The notes under the pieces were generated by a model that was not told where the DNA came from, made no database searches, and saw only the letters and a program-made list of their open reading frames with translations. 64,000 nucleotides of DNA from the NCBI GenBank assembly GCA_003249955.1, contig QKHS01000054.1, forward strand, positions 43,510 to 107,509. The letters run 5' to 3'. The position numbers and the translations under genes were made by a program. Shown piece by piece: positions 1-9,697 of this stretch. Every line of letters begins with the position of its first letter. Position 1 is the stretch's first letter. The DNA comes from Bacteroidales bacterium (GTDB lineage: Bacteria > Bacteroidota > Bacteroidia > Bacteroidales > ML635J-15).

Positions 1-2
1 TC

Positions 3-1745
3 CGGGTTTTCAGACAGACAGAAGCATTCCCTGCAGTTGACGGCTGGCTAAGAGGCGATGTCCACTATCACGGAATGTTTACACAAAATGACGCTGAAGT
101 AGGTCTGCCTCTTGATGCGACTAAAATAATGGCAAAGTCCTGTGGCCTGGATTGGATAACGGTAACAGATCATTCCTGCGATTTTGACAACTATGGGAGT
201 GATGTTTACTCTAACTGGGAATTTCTCGGGAATATTATAGAAGATATTAATTCAGAAGACGATTCTTTCACGTTTATCCGCGGCCTTGAAATGACAGTTA
301 AAAATTCTGCAGACGATCATGTTCATGCACTGGTTTATCCTGCGGCAGCAGCCCCGCAGTCAATGCCCTATTTTGGTGATGGCAACGGCGACACTTCTGC
401 GACAGGTGTAAATGTGGACATGTTATCCGATTCGTTAGTACTTCATAACGCGTTTGCTTATTCGGCACACCCGTTTTCGCAGGGCGACGAGCTTTCATTT
501 GCAGTTGACGGATCTGTTTGGAATGTAGGAGATGATGATTTTCCCGAAAACGAAATGCCTCATGAATATTTCGGAACAGTAATCTGCAACGACATAAGTA
601 CAGAATCAGACATTTTTTCAGATGAAGAAAACAAACTTCTGAAAGATAATATTATCGGCGGACAAATCTGGAATCTGTATAGTAATCTTAAAACAACAGA
701 AGAACAGGACGATCCGTGGGACGTTATGTACTCCGGCGATCACGGGTTCGGACTTTTTCCTGAGGATGATAATCTTAACACTACCAATCGTTTAATGCAG
801 AATTTTGAAGTTACAGAGTTTGTCTGGAAGAAAGGCCTGCAAATTAAGAACGAAAATAGCCAGACTGAAAACTGGAAATATTTTATTTCTGCCGGCAGTG
901 ATGCTCATGGTTCATTTAATTATTCCACAACCGACTTTTTTATGGGAGTTTCCGGTTTTGTTTCCGATAATGCAATCGGGAAATTGTCTTCGCTGGCATA
1001 TTGTCCACAGGGAGCCGGGAATAACGGCGAAAATGTACTTACAGCACTTGAAAACGGTAATTTGATTCTTTCGTCAGGGCCGGTAATTGCATTTGAAATA
1101 GATACAGACACAGAAAATACAACACCGGAGATTATAATAGGGAATGATGCCGTTTTAGACTTTAGCCAGTGTGCAAACACAAGGTTATCTGTTTTTACCG
1201 CCACATCAGAAGAATACGGAGACGTTCTTGAGAAAAAGATTATCGTAAAAACGGCAACGGATGATTTTATTTTCGACCTTCCGGCAGATGCAAATAACTG
1301 GCAAACAGATCTGATTCCGTTTTTGCAGAACATATTTTCAGGTCAGGAGATGTTTCTTGACCAGTGGGTTCTTATACGTGCCGAAATGCAGACATATAAA
1401 ACATATTCAGAACCCGGAATATACAGGGCAGATTCTGTAAATTTCTATTCTTATACAAATCCGGTATGGCTGAAAATAAATTCGCCTGACCATTCTCCTG
1501 TTTTTGCACAAGACTTCGGATTTAAAGTTTTTCCGAATCCGGCAAATTGTAGTGTGGAAGTTAAATTAAGTTCGCAGGAAGCAAATGGGAAAATTTCTGT
1601 CATAAACTCTGTAGGACAAGTTGCTTTTGAATATAATATTTGCGGAGACACCGGAATAAATATTAATTCTCTGGAGCCCGGAGTTTATTTTGTGAAATTT
1701 GAATCTGCTGAGGTTTCTGTAACGGAGAAATTGATTGTGTATTAA
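3..1745 (+). CDS. PHP-domain metal-dependent phosphoesterase with C-terminal T9SS type-A sorting domain. The 5' end is cut by the window edge.
   Basis: The frame is open from nt 3, with no stop upstream of the track Met at 75. The upstream residues read ...GDVHYHGMF, a PHP HxH motif. Further His/Asp clusters occur at ITVTDHS, AHPF and SAGSDAHGS. The last ~80 aa (FPNPANCSVEVKL...GVYFVKFES...KLIVY) fit the Por_Secre_tail pattern. Confidence 0.75.
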   Translation, partial: RVFRQTEAFPAVDGWLRGDVHYHGMFTQNDAEVGLPLDATKIMAKSCGLDWITVTDHSCDFDNYGSDVYSNWEFLGNIIEDINSEDDSFTFIRGLEMTVKNSADDHVHALVYPAAAAPQSMPYFGDGNGDTSATGVNVDMLSDSLVLHNAFAYSAHPFSQGDELSFAVDGSVWNVGDDDFPENEMPHEYFGTVICNDISTESDIFSDEENKLLKDNIIGGQIWNLYSNLKTTEEQDDPWDVMYSGDHGFGLFPEDDNLNTTNRLMQNFEVTEFVWKKGLQIKNENSQTENWKYFISAGSDAHGSFNYSTTDFFMGVSGFVSDNAIGKLSSLAYCPQGAGNNGENVLTALENGNLILSSGPVIAFEIDTDTENTTPEIIIGNDAVLDFSQCANTRLSVFTATSEEYGDVLEKKIIVKTATDDFIFDLPADANNWQTDLIPFLQNIFSGQEMFLDQWVLIRAEMQTYKTYSEPGIYRADSVNFYSYTNPVWLKINSPDHSPVFAQDFGFKVFPNPANCSVEVKLSSQEANGKISVINSVGQVAFEYNICGDTGININSLEPGVYFVKFESAEVSVTEKLIVY

Positions 1746-1894
1746 TTTTGTGCGGTTTAAAGAGACGAAGAGGTCTTTATCCATAGATTTTTGTACAAGA
1801 CAAAAGTGTTGAATAAAACAAACCTTTGATTTTTAAAATCTTTCCCGGTGTAAGCATAATTTCCTTAATTTTGAATATTCAAATCAATAACGTC

Positions 1895-2498
1895 ATGAAA
1901 AACTCCGATTCTGCAGAAGCATATATTTTAACAACCGGTAAATGGATTGAATCCCTTACAATTTTACGGGAACTTTTCCTTTCTACAGGTATGACAGAGA
2001 CCCTCAAATGGGGTGCACCGGTTTATACACACAAAGGCAGGAATATAGCTTCGATGGCAGCATTTAAAAACTATGTTGCATTGTGGTTTTATCAGGGAGT
2101 TTTATTAAAGGATGACGCAAAAAAACTTGTTAACGCTCAGGAAGGTTACCAAAGCACTACGGCAATGGCGTTTTACGTCTGCAGAAGAAATTCTGAAGGA
2201 AAGAACAGATATTCTCGCTTATATTGCAGAAGCAATTACAAATTCTGAACAGGGAAAAGAAATAAAAGCAGAAAGAAACAAAGCATTGCAAATTCCTGTT
2301 GAGTTGCAAAACAAACTGGATTCGGATTATGAACTTAAATCTGCTTTTGATACTTTTACACCCGGCCGCAGGCGCGAGTTTGCAGAATATATTGCACAGC
2401 CAAAAACAGAAGCAACAAGAATTTCCCGTTTGGAGAAAATTGTTCCTATGATTATGTCAGGTACCGGTCTTAATGATAAATATAAAAACAAGGGATAA
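1895..2498 (+). pseudogene. Frameshifted DUF1801/YdhG-like + YdeI/OmpD-associated family gene
   Basis: Track ORFs 1826..2248 and 2112..2498 are two halves of one protein: ...KNYVALWFYQGVLLKDDAKKLVNAQEG, then a frame change, then KALRQWRFTSAEEILKER...RREFAEYIAQPKTEATRISRLEKI. The break maps to ggt-t-acc near nt 2147. The probable start is the ATG at 1895 (MKNSDSAEAYIL). Confidence 0.7.
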
Positions 2499-2799
2499 CC
2501 GGATTACAGTATAATTTTGCGGATGCTGAATAACCCGTTAACAAACAGGGCATATTTACATGTTTTTTTTATCAATATTATGAGTAAGAAAGTATAAATG
2601 TTTTGAAACTGACTTTTTTGACCGTAGAAATTTTTCTATATTTGGAGGAATTAAAGCTTCGCCGGTCAGTGTTTTTAACTTATTTCAGGTTGTAAAAGAG
2701 TTTTGCTCCGAAAAAAAAATATGTCCGCACAATGCCGGTCGGCAAAAAAATTTATAAATAAAAACGGAATATTTAATCTGTGCAGAAAAAGCATTTCGG

Positions 2800-3897
2800 A
2801 TGATTTGTAAACTAAAGAAAAAAGAAATTGAGGATATCAGACCAACCAATATTTTGCCTCAGACAACATATTGGGCTAAGGTAAAAAGTAAGCAAGGGTT
2901 TAAACCAAACGGATTTGAATTAACCGTATCCAAAGATTTATTATTTAATTCGGCAAATAATCTGGTAAATAACACTGATGATTTATTGGTTCTGATAAGA
3001 TACATTAACCACAATATTTGTTACGCATATGTGCCTTACGGTCCTAAAACAGAGCCATGCTTTGAAAATCAGGGAGTGTTTCTGGAGCAATTATCAGAAG
3101 CAATAAAACCATATCTTCCCCCCGGCTGCATTTTTATCCGTTATGATTTAATGTGGCAAAATCAATGGGCAGTCGAAGACGATTATTTTGATAAATCCGG
3201 CGACTGGAAAGGGCCTCCGGAAAGTCAGATTCAGGAATTCAGGGTAAATTATAAAACTGCGAAATGGAATCTGAAAAAAAGTCCCGGCGACATATTGCCT
3301 AAAAATACTTTCTTTCTGGATTTAACTCTTAAAGAGCAGGATTTGCTTTATAATATGAGGTTTAACACCAGATACAATATAAAACGGGCAATTAATAACG
3401 GCATCAGGGTTAAAGAATATGGCGCCGGGCAAATAGGAGACTGGTATAAGTTGTATCAGGAGACAGCTCTGCGACACAATATGCCATTGCAGAACGAGAA
3501 CTTTTTTGCTACCATGTTAAGAAATCAGGACAGCGCGCAAAACGGGGTTCATATAAAAATGCTAATGGCCGATCTGGAAGGTAAGTTTTTGGCATCTATG
3601 TTTTTAGCCTTGTCGAATAAACGCGGTATTTATTTGTACGGAGCATCATCATCAAACAATAAAATGGCAAGTTATGCACTTCAGTGGGAGTCAATAAAGA
3701 TTGCAAAAAGCTGTGGATGTACAGAATATGATATGTTTGGTTCTGCTCCTAATCTAAGTCATACCCATCCGCTGCACGGCGTTCATGTTTACAAAAAAGG
3801 TTTCGGGGGTAACTTATTCCACAGAATGGGATGCTGGGACTATCCTTATAAGCAAAAAGATTATGAGTTATTTAAATTACAGGAATTGCATAATTAA
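2800..3897 (+). CDS. FemAB-family (peptidoglycan bridge aminoacyltransferase-like) protein
   Basis: 365 aa. Motifs RYNIKRAINNGIRVKEYG, WYKLYQETALRHNMP, LYGASSS...ASYALQWESIKIAKSCGCTEYDMFG and YKKGFGG are typical of the FemAB/GNAT-like family. Confidence 0.6.
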   Translation: MICKLKKKEIEDIRPTNILPQTTYWAKVKSKQGFKPNGFELTVSKDLLFNSANNLVNNTDDLLVLIRYINHNICYAYVPYGPKTEPCFENQGVFLEQLSEAIKPYLPPGCIFIRYDLMWQNQWAVEDDYFDKSGDWKGPPESQIQEFRVNYKTAKWNLKKSPGDILPKNTFFLDLTLKEQDLLYNMRFNTRYNIKRAINNGIRVKEYGAGQIGDWYKLYQETALRHNMPLQNENFFATMLRNQDSAQNGVHIKMLMADLEGKFLASMFLALSNKRGIYLYGASSSNNKMASYALQWESIKIAKSCGCTEYDMFGSAPNLSHTHPLHGVHVYKKGFGGNLFHRMGCWDYPYKQKDYELFKLQELHN

Positions 3898-4094
3898 AAA
3901 CCCCGGGAAAATAATAACTGCATTTTAAGCTTTTATGCGTAATACTGTTTTAGTGTATGGCTTACAGTATTTCGTAATAATCCGAAATTATTGAAATATT
4001 CCCCGATTTATCAGTATTTTCTTATTTTTGTTTGATAGAAAAAGGTATTGGAGACAATATTGGAAGAATAATTAATTAAGCTTAGACCTGAATT

Positions 4095-5360
4095 ATGTCA
4101 GTAAAATTAAAATCATTAAAAGTAGAAAAAACAGTTTCACGGATTCCCGTAATGCTAATGTTTTTCGTGGTGTTTATTTACTCTTGTAACAATCCTGTCA
4201 ACACTGTCAAAAGCGATACCCAGACGGAAATGAACAATAAAGGAGGTATTATATTTAAAGTTAGAGTATCAGTTACAGAATTGATTTTGTCTTTGTCGAA
4301 CAATCCTTCAGACACAACATTTTTAAAAGCACTGAGATCTGTTAATGGAAATGACATTTCAGGAGAGGAATTTATAAAAGCTTTTGCAGAGTCTTTTGAA
4401 AACATCGGGACTTTTGAGAACAAACCGGATTTAGCTTCATTTTTCATAACCTACTCAAATCAGAACAAAATTACTGAAGATGCAAATACAGAAGAGGTAA
4501 TAACATATCTGACCCGGGAATATAATTCGGCCGTCGAAAGTGTTTATGCAGTTCTTACAAAAAGATTATCAAATGCAAAGCTTGACTATCCGGAGATAAA
4601 AAAGGATTCGCAGGGAACAGAGATCTTAACTATCAGAATTCCTGAAATAAGCGATGATCGTAGAGTAACTAAATTAATAAGTTCATCAGGGACGTTGGAA
4701 TTTTGGGAAACTTATCGTTCAGAAGATATCTATGGTTTATTAATTAAATCAGACGAATACCTAGGCGAATATTATGCATCAGATAGTTCCGGATATTACA
4801 CTTCTTTGTTAGAAAGACTCAGACCACCGGCTGAAAGTTATCAACTTGATGGCTCCGTTTTGGGATATACAGGAATAAGTGATAAAGAGTCTGTTATGGC
4901 TGACTTGAATCTGCTTTCAAAAAATAAAAAGCTGCCAAAAGATTTGGTATTTGCCTGGTCGGTAAAAGAAGTTGAAGAATACCCGGGATATTATGCATTA
5001 TATGCACTTAAGAGTGATAGAAATGGTGGAGCGGTTCTAAGTGGAAATTTTCTGACTGATGCGAAATCTTCAATGAACCAGAATCATGGTTCGTATGAAT
5101 TACTTTTGGAGATGACAGATGAAGCTGCTCAATTATGGTCGCGGATTACCAGAGAGAATATTTCAAAAGCAATTGCAATTGTTTACGATGGCTCAGTATA
5201 TTCAGCACCAATCGTAAATGATCAGATTAATGGTGGGAAATCTACAATTTCCGGTAATTTTACTGTTGAAGAAGCAGAAGAACTTGCAAATATCTTAAAA
5301 TCAGGAAGTATGCCCCGCGTTGAAATTTTGTCAGTAGAGCTTGTCAAACCTAAGAAATAA
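4095..5360 (+). CDS. Lipoprotein with a SecD periplasmic (P1-head)-like C-terminal domain and no SecD/F membrane domain
   Basis: Signal peptide plus lipobox (FIYSC). The C-terminal AIAIVYDGSVYSAPIVNDQINGGKSTISGNFTVEEAEELANILKSGSMP resembles the conserved SecD periplasmic segment. Confidence 0.55.
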   Translation: MSVKLKSLKVEKTVSRIPVMLMFFVVFIYSCNNPVNTVKSDTQTEMNNKGGIIFKVRVSVTELILSLSNNPSDTTFLKALRSVNGNDISGEEFIKAFAESFENIGTFENKPDLASFFITYSNQNKITEDANTEEVITYLTREYNSAVESVYAVLTKRLSNAKLDYPEIKKDSQGTEILTIRIPEISDDRRVTKLISSSGTLEFWETYRSEDIYGLLIKSDEYLGEYYASDSSGYYTSLLERLRPPAESYQLDGSVLGYTGISDKESVMADLNLLSKNKKLPKDLVFAWSVKEVEEYPGYYALYALKSDRNGGAVLSGNFLTDAKSSMNQNHGSYELLLEMTDEAAQLWSRITRENISKAIAIVYDGSVYSAPIVNDQINGGKSTISGNFTVEEAEELANILKSGSMPRVEILSVELVKPKK

Positions 5361-5436
5361 ACCACTAAAGATAGAAAGATTTGAGAAAGTTACTCCGATA
5401 ACAGCAACTATTGCTATAAATGTTAATTTTGAAAAG

Positions 5437-6246
5437 ATGATACTACAACAAACATACAGTTTTATTCAATCAGAACGGGAATTTAATTTAAATGAATTAT
5501 TGATTCAGAAAGTAGTCTTCGGACTTCGTCTCACTGCCGTTCAGCTTTCCGATGGAAGTTGCGGAACAGCAAGCACTGTAGATGAAGAAAACCCGCATAC
5601 AAATAAAAAAGACCGTGACTTTGGCGGTTTCTCACCTTCAAAATACAGCGGCAGATCGGTGGCAGAACTATTTTCAACAGAAAAAAAATCCGGCTTGATT
5701 GATACTTTGAAAATCGCAGTTCTTAATGCAATTTCATCACGAATGATTGAGACTGCCGGATACAGAATTATCAAAGACAAAGACCCTGTTGATCTTATTG
5801 ACCTCAATTCGGGCAGAAAAATTACCCTTGTCGGAGCATTTAACTCATATATTGAAAAAATTTCTGTAACAAACTCAATTCTCAGAGTTTTGGAACTGGA
5901 TGAAAATGCATTACCGGAACAATATAAAAGATACTATGTGGCAGCAGAAAAATATTCTGAGATTATTCCCGATTCCGAAATAGTAATAATAACAGGCCTT
6001 ACTTTGGTAAACAATACAATTGACGGTTTGCTCGAAGCTGTAAAACCGGGAACAACTGTAATTGTTACAGGCCCTTCTGCTAATATTGTTCCCGATGTTT
6101 TATTTCAGAATAAGGTAAATATAATCGGAGCTACAAAAGTTTACGATTCCGAAATGCTGTTTAAGCTGGTTTCCGAGGCCGCTGCCGGTTATCATCTTTT
6201 TAAATATTGTGCCGGTAAAATCTGTATTCTCAATGAACAGGAATAA
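5437..6246 (+). CDS. DUF364/DUF4213 Rossmann-like (putative metal-chelation) domain protein
   Basis: ITLVGAFNSY..., EIVIITGLTLVNNTIDGLLEAV and GTTVIVTGPSANIVPDVLFQNKVNIIGATKV match the DUF364 pattern. I prefer the ATG at 5437 over the track's TTG at 5341, which overlaps the upstream gene. Confidence 0.6.
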   Translation: MILQQTYSFIQSEREFNLNELLIQKVVFGLRLTAVQLSDGSCGTASTVDEENPHTNKKDRDFGGFSPSKYSGRSVAELFSTEKKSGLIDTLKIAVLNAISSRMIETAGYRIIKDKDPVDLIDLNSGRKITLVGAFNSYIEKISVTNSILRVLELDENALPEQYKRYYVAAEKYSEIIPDSEIVIITGLTLVNNTIDGLLEAVKPGTTVIVTGPSANIVPDVLFQNKVNIIGATKVYDSEMLFKLVSEAAAGYHLFKYCAGKICILNEQE

Positions 6247-7924
6247 ACTCAGCGATAAATGGATTAAAGCCTCTGTTGCAGGAACAATCTGGGCAGCATC
6301 TGAAATTGTTTTCGGCAGTTTTTTACATAACCTGCGCGTACCTTTTTGTGGCAATATTCTTACTGCAATCGGACTGATAATACTTATTTCTATAGCTTAC
6401 CTGTGGAAAGATAAGGGTATTTTCTGGCGTGCCGGAATTATATGCGCCTTAATGAAAACAATGTCACCTTCGGCAGTGATTTTTGGGCCAATGATAGCAA
6501 TTTTTACCGAAGCCGTTTTGCTCGAATTATCGGTTATGGTTTTCGGACGTACATATTTGGGGTTTATTACCGGCTCTGTTATGGCAATGTCGTGGAATCT
6601 TGTTCAGAAAATTCTCAGTTATATCATTTTCTACGGTTTCGATATTCTCGAAATTTATAAAGGATTAGTAAAAATTGCAGAAAAACAAATAAATTATCAT
6701 TTCGACCTGCTTTGGACTCCGGTTCTTATTCTTCTTGCTGCTTATGCCCTGTTTGGAATTTTTGCCGGAATTACCGGAATAAGAGTCGGGAAAAAGATAC
6801 TCGCAAAATCAGAAACAGAAGAAAAATATACAAATAAAACCCAAATCGCCAGTCCCAAACCAGTTGATATTAAACATTCCTTAGTTTGGTTCTTTTTCAA
6901 TCTTACTGCAATGATTGGCGGCCTGTTATTGTTGAAATTTTCGGCATGGTTTATCTGGACTCCCTTTATTGTCACGGTTGCAACAATATGGGTTATCAGA
7001 TACCGTCGGGCTTTGAAAAAAATTTCCAATCCTAAGTTCTGGATTGTTTTTGTTCTGATAACAATAATTACTGTTTTTGTGTTTTCAAAACTAAAATCAG
7101 ATGGCGATTATCTGGTAAACGGAATTTTAACCGGTGTTGAGATGAACCTGAGAGCCGTATTGATGATTTTGGGTTTTTCTGTTCTGGCTGTTGAACTTTA
7201 CAATCCTAAAATCAGAAATTTTTTCATGAAAAGCACTTTCAGACAATTGCCTGTAGCTCTGGAATTGTCTTTTGAGAGCCTGCCTGTTTTTGTCTCGGCA
7301 ATTCCCGATTTTAAGACAGCATTACGAAATCCGGTAAAAGTGTTTTATTCCGTAATTTTAAATGCCGACAGCAGGTTGCACCAAATAAAATCAGGCATAA
7401 AAGATAAGCCGGAAGTTTATATTCTAAGTGGTAAAATATCTGACGGGAAAACAATATTTGCCGGAAGTGTTGCCCGCATATTTAAAGAGAAGTCTGCCAG
7501 TGTTGGAGGTATTATTTCCGAAAAAGTTTTCGAAAATGACAAACTTATTGGTTATGATGTAGTTGATATTAAAACCGGGAAAAGAGAGAAATTACTCAGA
7601 ACAATGGACTGTGATGACTCCTCAAAAATAGGTAAATATTCAATTTGTGAAGACGGATTTGAGTTTGGAAGAAGCATATTAAACAATGCATTACAGGAAA
7701 GCAGTACTGTAATTATTGATGAAGCCGGTAAACTCGAACTTGAAGGTAAAGGCTGGGATAATATTCTGCAAAAAATTAATAGTTACCGGGAAACAACTTT
7801 CATAATTACAGCCAGAGATATAAATGTAAAAGATATTACAGAGAAATTTAACCTGCATAACCCGGTAATTATTAATGTTAAGGAAAATAGTCCGGAAATA
7901 TTTGTTTTTGAAAAATGTCAATGA
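6233..7924 (+). CDS. Fusion of a polytopic membrane domain (~350 aa) with a C-terminal THEP1/DUF2478-like P-loop NTPase
   Basis: Multiple hydrophobic helices in the N-terminal two thirds. The C-terminus has Walker A (YILSGKISDGKT) and Walker B (VIIDEAGKLELEGKGW). The ATG at 6233 overlaps the DUF364 stop by 14 nt. Confidence 0.55.
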   Translation: MNRNKLSDKWIKASVAGTIWAASEIVFGSFLHNLRVPFCGNILTAIGLIILISIAYLWKDKGIFWRAGIICALMKTMSPSAVIFGPMIAIFTEAVLLELSVMVFGRTYLGFITGSVMAMSWNLVQKILSYIIFYGFDILEIYKGLVKIAEKQINYHFDLLWTPVLILLAAYALFGIFAGITGIRVGKKILAKSETEEKYTNKTQIASPKPVDIKHSLVWFFFNLTAMIGGLLLLKFSAWFIWTPFIVTVATIWVIRYRRALKKISNPKFWIVFVLITIITVFVFSKLKSDGDYLVNGILTGVEMNLRAVLMILGFSVLAVELYNPKIRNFFMKSTFRQLPVALELSFESLPVFVSAIPDFKTALRNPVKVFYSVILNADSRLHQIKSGIKDKPEVYILSGKISDGKTIFAGSVARIFKEKSASVGGIISEKVFENDKLIGYDVVDIKTGKREKLLRTMDCDDSSKIGKYSICEDGFEFGRSILNNALQESSTVIIDEAGKLELEGKGWDNILQKINSYRETTFIITARDINVKDITEKFNLHNPVIINVKENSPEIFVFEKCQ

Positions 7925-7973
7925 ATTGATATTATAGGATAAAAAAGCATCAGCGTGATGATATAAAATTAAT

Positions 7974-8002
7974 AAAAAATGTCAATACGTTGACATTTTT
8001 TT
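7974..8002. terminator. AT-rich perfect hairpin with flanking A/T tracts (bidirectional-terminator-like)
   Basis: aaaaaatgtcaa-tacg-ttgacattttttt. The arms are 12 nt and perfectly complementary, the hairpin ends in a T7 run, and it lies 50 nt after the stop at 7924. Confidence 0.55.
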
Positions 8003-8013
8003 AAAATATTTTG

Positions 8014-8021
8014 TATCTTTG
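8014..8021 (+). promoter_or_regulatory. Bacteroidota -7 box (TAnnTTTG)
   Basis: tatctttg lies 13 nt upstream of the ATG at 8034. Confidence 0.45.
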
Positions 8022-8033
8022 TAAAAAAAAACA

Positions 8034-9227
8034 ATGGAAACTCTTAAGCAAAAGTTTTATGAAAAATACGCTGCCACATCAGGTGATGGGATAAGAAATT
8101 TTGCAAATACTATTGATTGGTCAGACAGATTAATCGGGATAAAAGGCAGCAGAGGTGTTGGTAAAACCACGATGCTTTTGCAATACATTAAGTTAAATTT
8201 TCCGGCAGATGATACTGTTTTGTATGTCAGCCTAGATGATTTCTATTTTCTGGAAGAAAGACTTTACGATCTTGCTGCTGAATTTTACAGAAAAGGAGGT
8301 AAGTTTTTGGTTTTGGATGAAGTGCATCGTTATCCTGCATGGGCGGGTGAAATAAAAAATATTTATGATGATTTTCCCGGTTTAAAGGTCGTGTTTACAG
8401 GGTCATCGCTTTTGCATCTGCGTCAGGCAAAGTCAGATTTAAGCCGCAGGGCTGTTATGTACGAAATGCCGGGATTATCTTTTCGGGAGTTTGTAAATTT
8501 TGATACCGGCAATAAGTTTGAATCATATTCTCTTGATAATATTTTGAATAATCATGTAAAAATTGCAATGGAATTAATCGGAAAGATAAGGCCGCTGGCA
8601 TATTTCGATAAATATCTGGATCATGGTTATTACCCGTTTTACCTTGAAAATCCCCAATCTTTTCACAATAAGCTTAGTGAGGTTATTTCTACCGTTATCG
8701 AAATTGATATCCCGCAATTTGAAAATATACAGTCATCAAATCTTATTTATCTGAAAAGACTTTTAAAAATAATAAGCAGTTCCGTACCATTTAAGCCAAA
8801 CATGAATGCTTTGAGCGAAAGAACCGGCATCAGTCTTAACACTATGAAAAATTACCTGAAGAATCTGAATGATGCAAACCTTATTTCAATGCTTTATACG
8901 CCGGAAAAAGGCTTAGGTAATTTAGGAAAACCAGAAAAAATATTCCTCGAAAATTCAAATCTCATGTTTAATCTTTCCGGCGAAAACACAAACTCCGGTA
9001 ATATACGGGAAACATTTTTCTTAAATCAGGTTAAATCAAAGCATAGTGTTAATGCTTCATCATTTACTGATTTTCTTGTTGGTGAAAAATATAATTTTGA
9101 GGTAGGAGGGAAGAATAAATCTAAAAAACAAATTGCAGAAAATACAAATTCATGGGTAGTAAAGGATGGGATAGAAATAGGGTCTTCAAACATTATCCCT
9201 CTTTGGTTATTCGGATTTTTGTATTAA
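8034..9227 (+). CDS. AAA+ ATPase (AAA_14) with a DUF4143-type PD-(D/E)xK-like C-terminus; paralog 1
   Basis: Walker A IKGSRGVGKTT and Walker B LVLDEVHRYP. The C-terminus reads TDFLVGEKYNFEVGGKNK (D...E.K). It is collinear with 20065..21258 and both proteins are 397 aa. Confidence 0.75.
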   Translation: METLKQKFYEKYAATSGDGIRNFANTIDWSDRLIGIKGSRGVGKTTMLLQYIKLNFPADDTVLYVSLDDFYFLEERLYDLAAEFYRKGGKFLVLDEVHRYPAWAGEIKNIYDDFPGLKVVFTGSSLLHLRQAKSDLSRRAVMYEMPGLSFREFVNFDTGNKFESYSLDNILNNHVKIAMELIGKIRPLAYFDKYLDHGYYPFYLENPQSFHNKLSEVISTVIEIDIPQFENIQSSNLIYLKRLLKIISSSVPFKPNMNALSERTGISLNTMKNYLKNLNDANLISMLYTPEKGLGNLGKPEKIFLENSNLMFNLSGENTNSGNIRETFFLNQVKSKHSVNASSFTDFLVGEKYNFEVGGKNKSKKQIAENTNSWVVKDGIEIGSSNIIPLWLFGFLY

Positions 9228-9271
9228 AACTATCGGTCTGATTTTTGCTGCAATCCGCGAAAATTAATCTT

Positions 9272-9631
9272 ATGAAGAAATTTGCTTTTCTGCTTTCCAT
9301 ATTTTTGTTTTTTGTGATTATTTCCGATGCGCAAAATTCTAAAACTGTTACTTTTAAACTAAAAATTACAAATCATCTTCCTGTAGGCTGGGGCGATAAA
9401 TATGAAGCTGTAATTCTGGATGTAGTTGAAGGAAGCCGCCTGCAGTTTGGAGACACAATTGTTTTTGGCAAAATGGATTTTTCAGGTAAAGACTATTTTA
9501 CAACCGGAGATATAAGAACTGTCTGTTTTAAGAATACGCATGAAAAAAATAAGTACCCATATTTGCCTGCAGGCTCTTTAACAGTAAGCATACTGAATGA
9601 AATATGGGAAATAGTAAGTATAAAGAAGTGA
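9272..9631 (+). CDS. Small secreted hypothetical protein
   Basis: The ATG at 9272 gives the signal peptide MKKFAFLLSIFLFFVIISDAQ. No motif recognised. Confidence 0.45.
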   Translation: MKKFAFLLSIFLFFVIISDAQNSKTVTFKLKITNHLPVGWGDKYEAVILDVVEGSRLQFGDTIVFGKMDFSGKDYFTTGDIRTVCFKNTHEKNKYPYLPAGSLTVSILNEIWEIVSIKK

Positions 9632-9697
9632 TCACAATTTTTATCAGGATTAATACGTTTTAAAGGCATATATTATTCTCATTTAAACACATTTGTT

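Noticed and set aside
1826-1894. Upstream extension of the DUF1801 gene from the track's non-ATG start at 1826
   Set aside because: The ATG at 1895 (MKNSDSAEAYIL) gives the family-typical N-terminus. The extension is hydrophobic filler.
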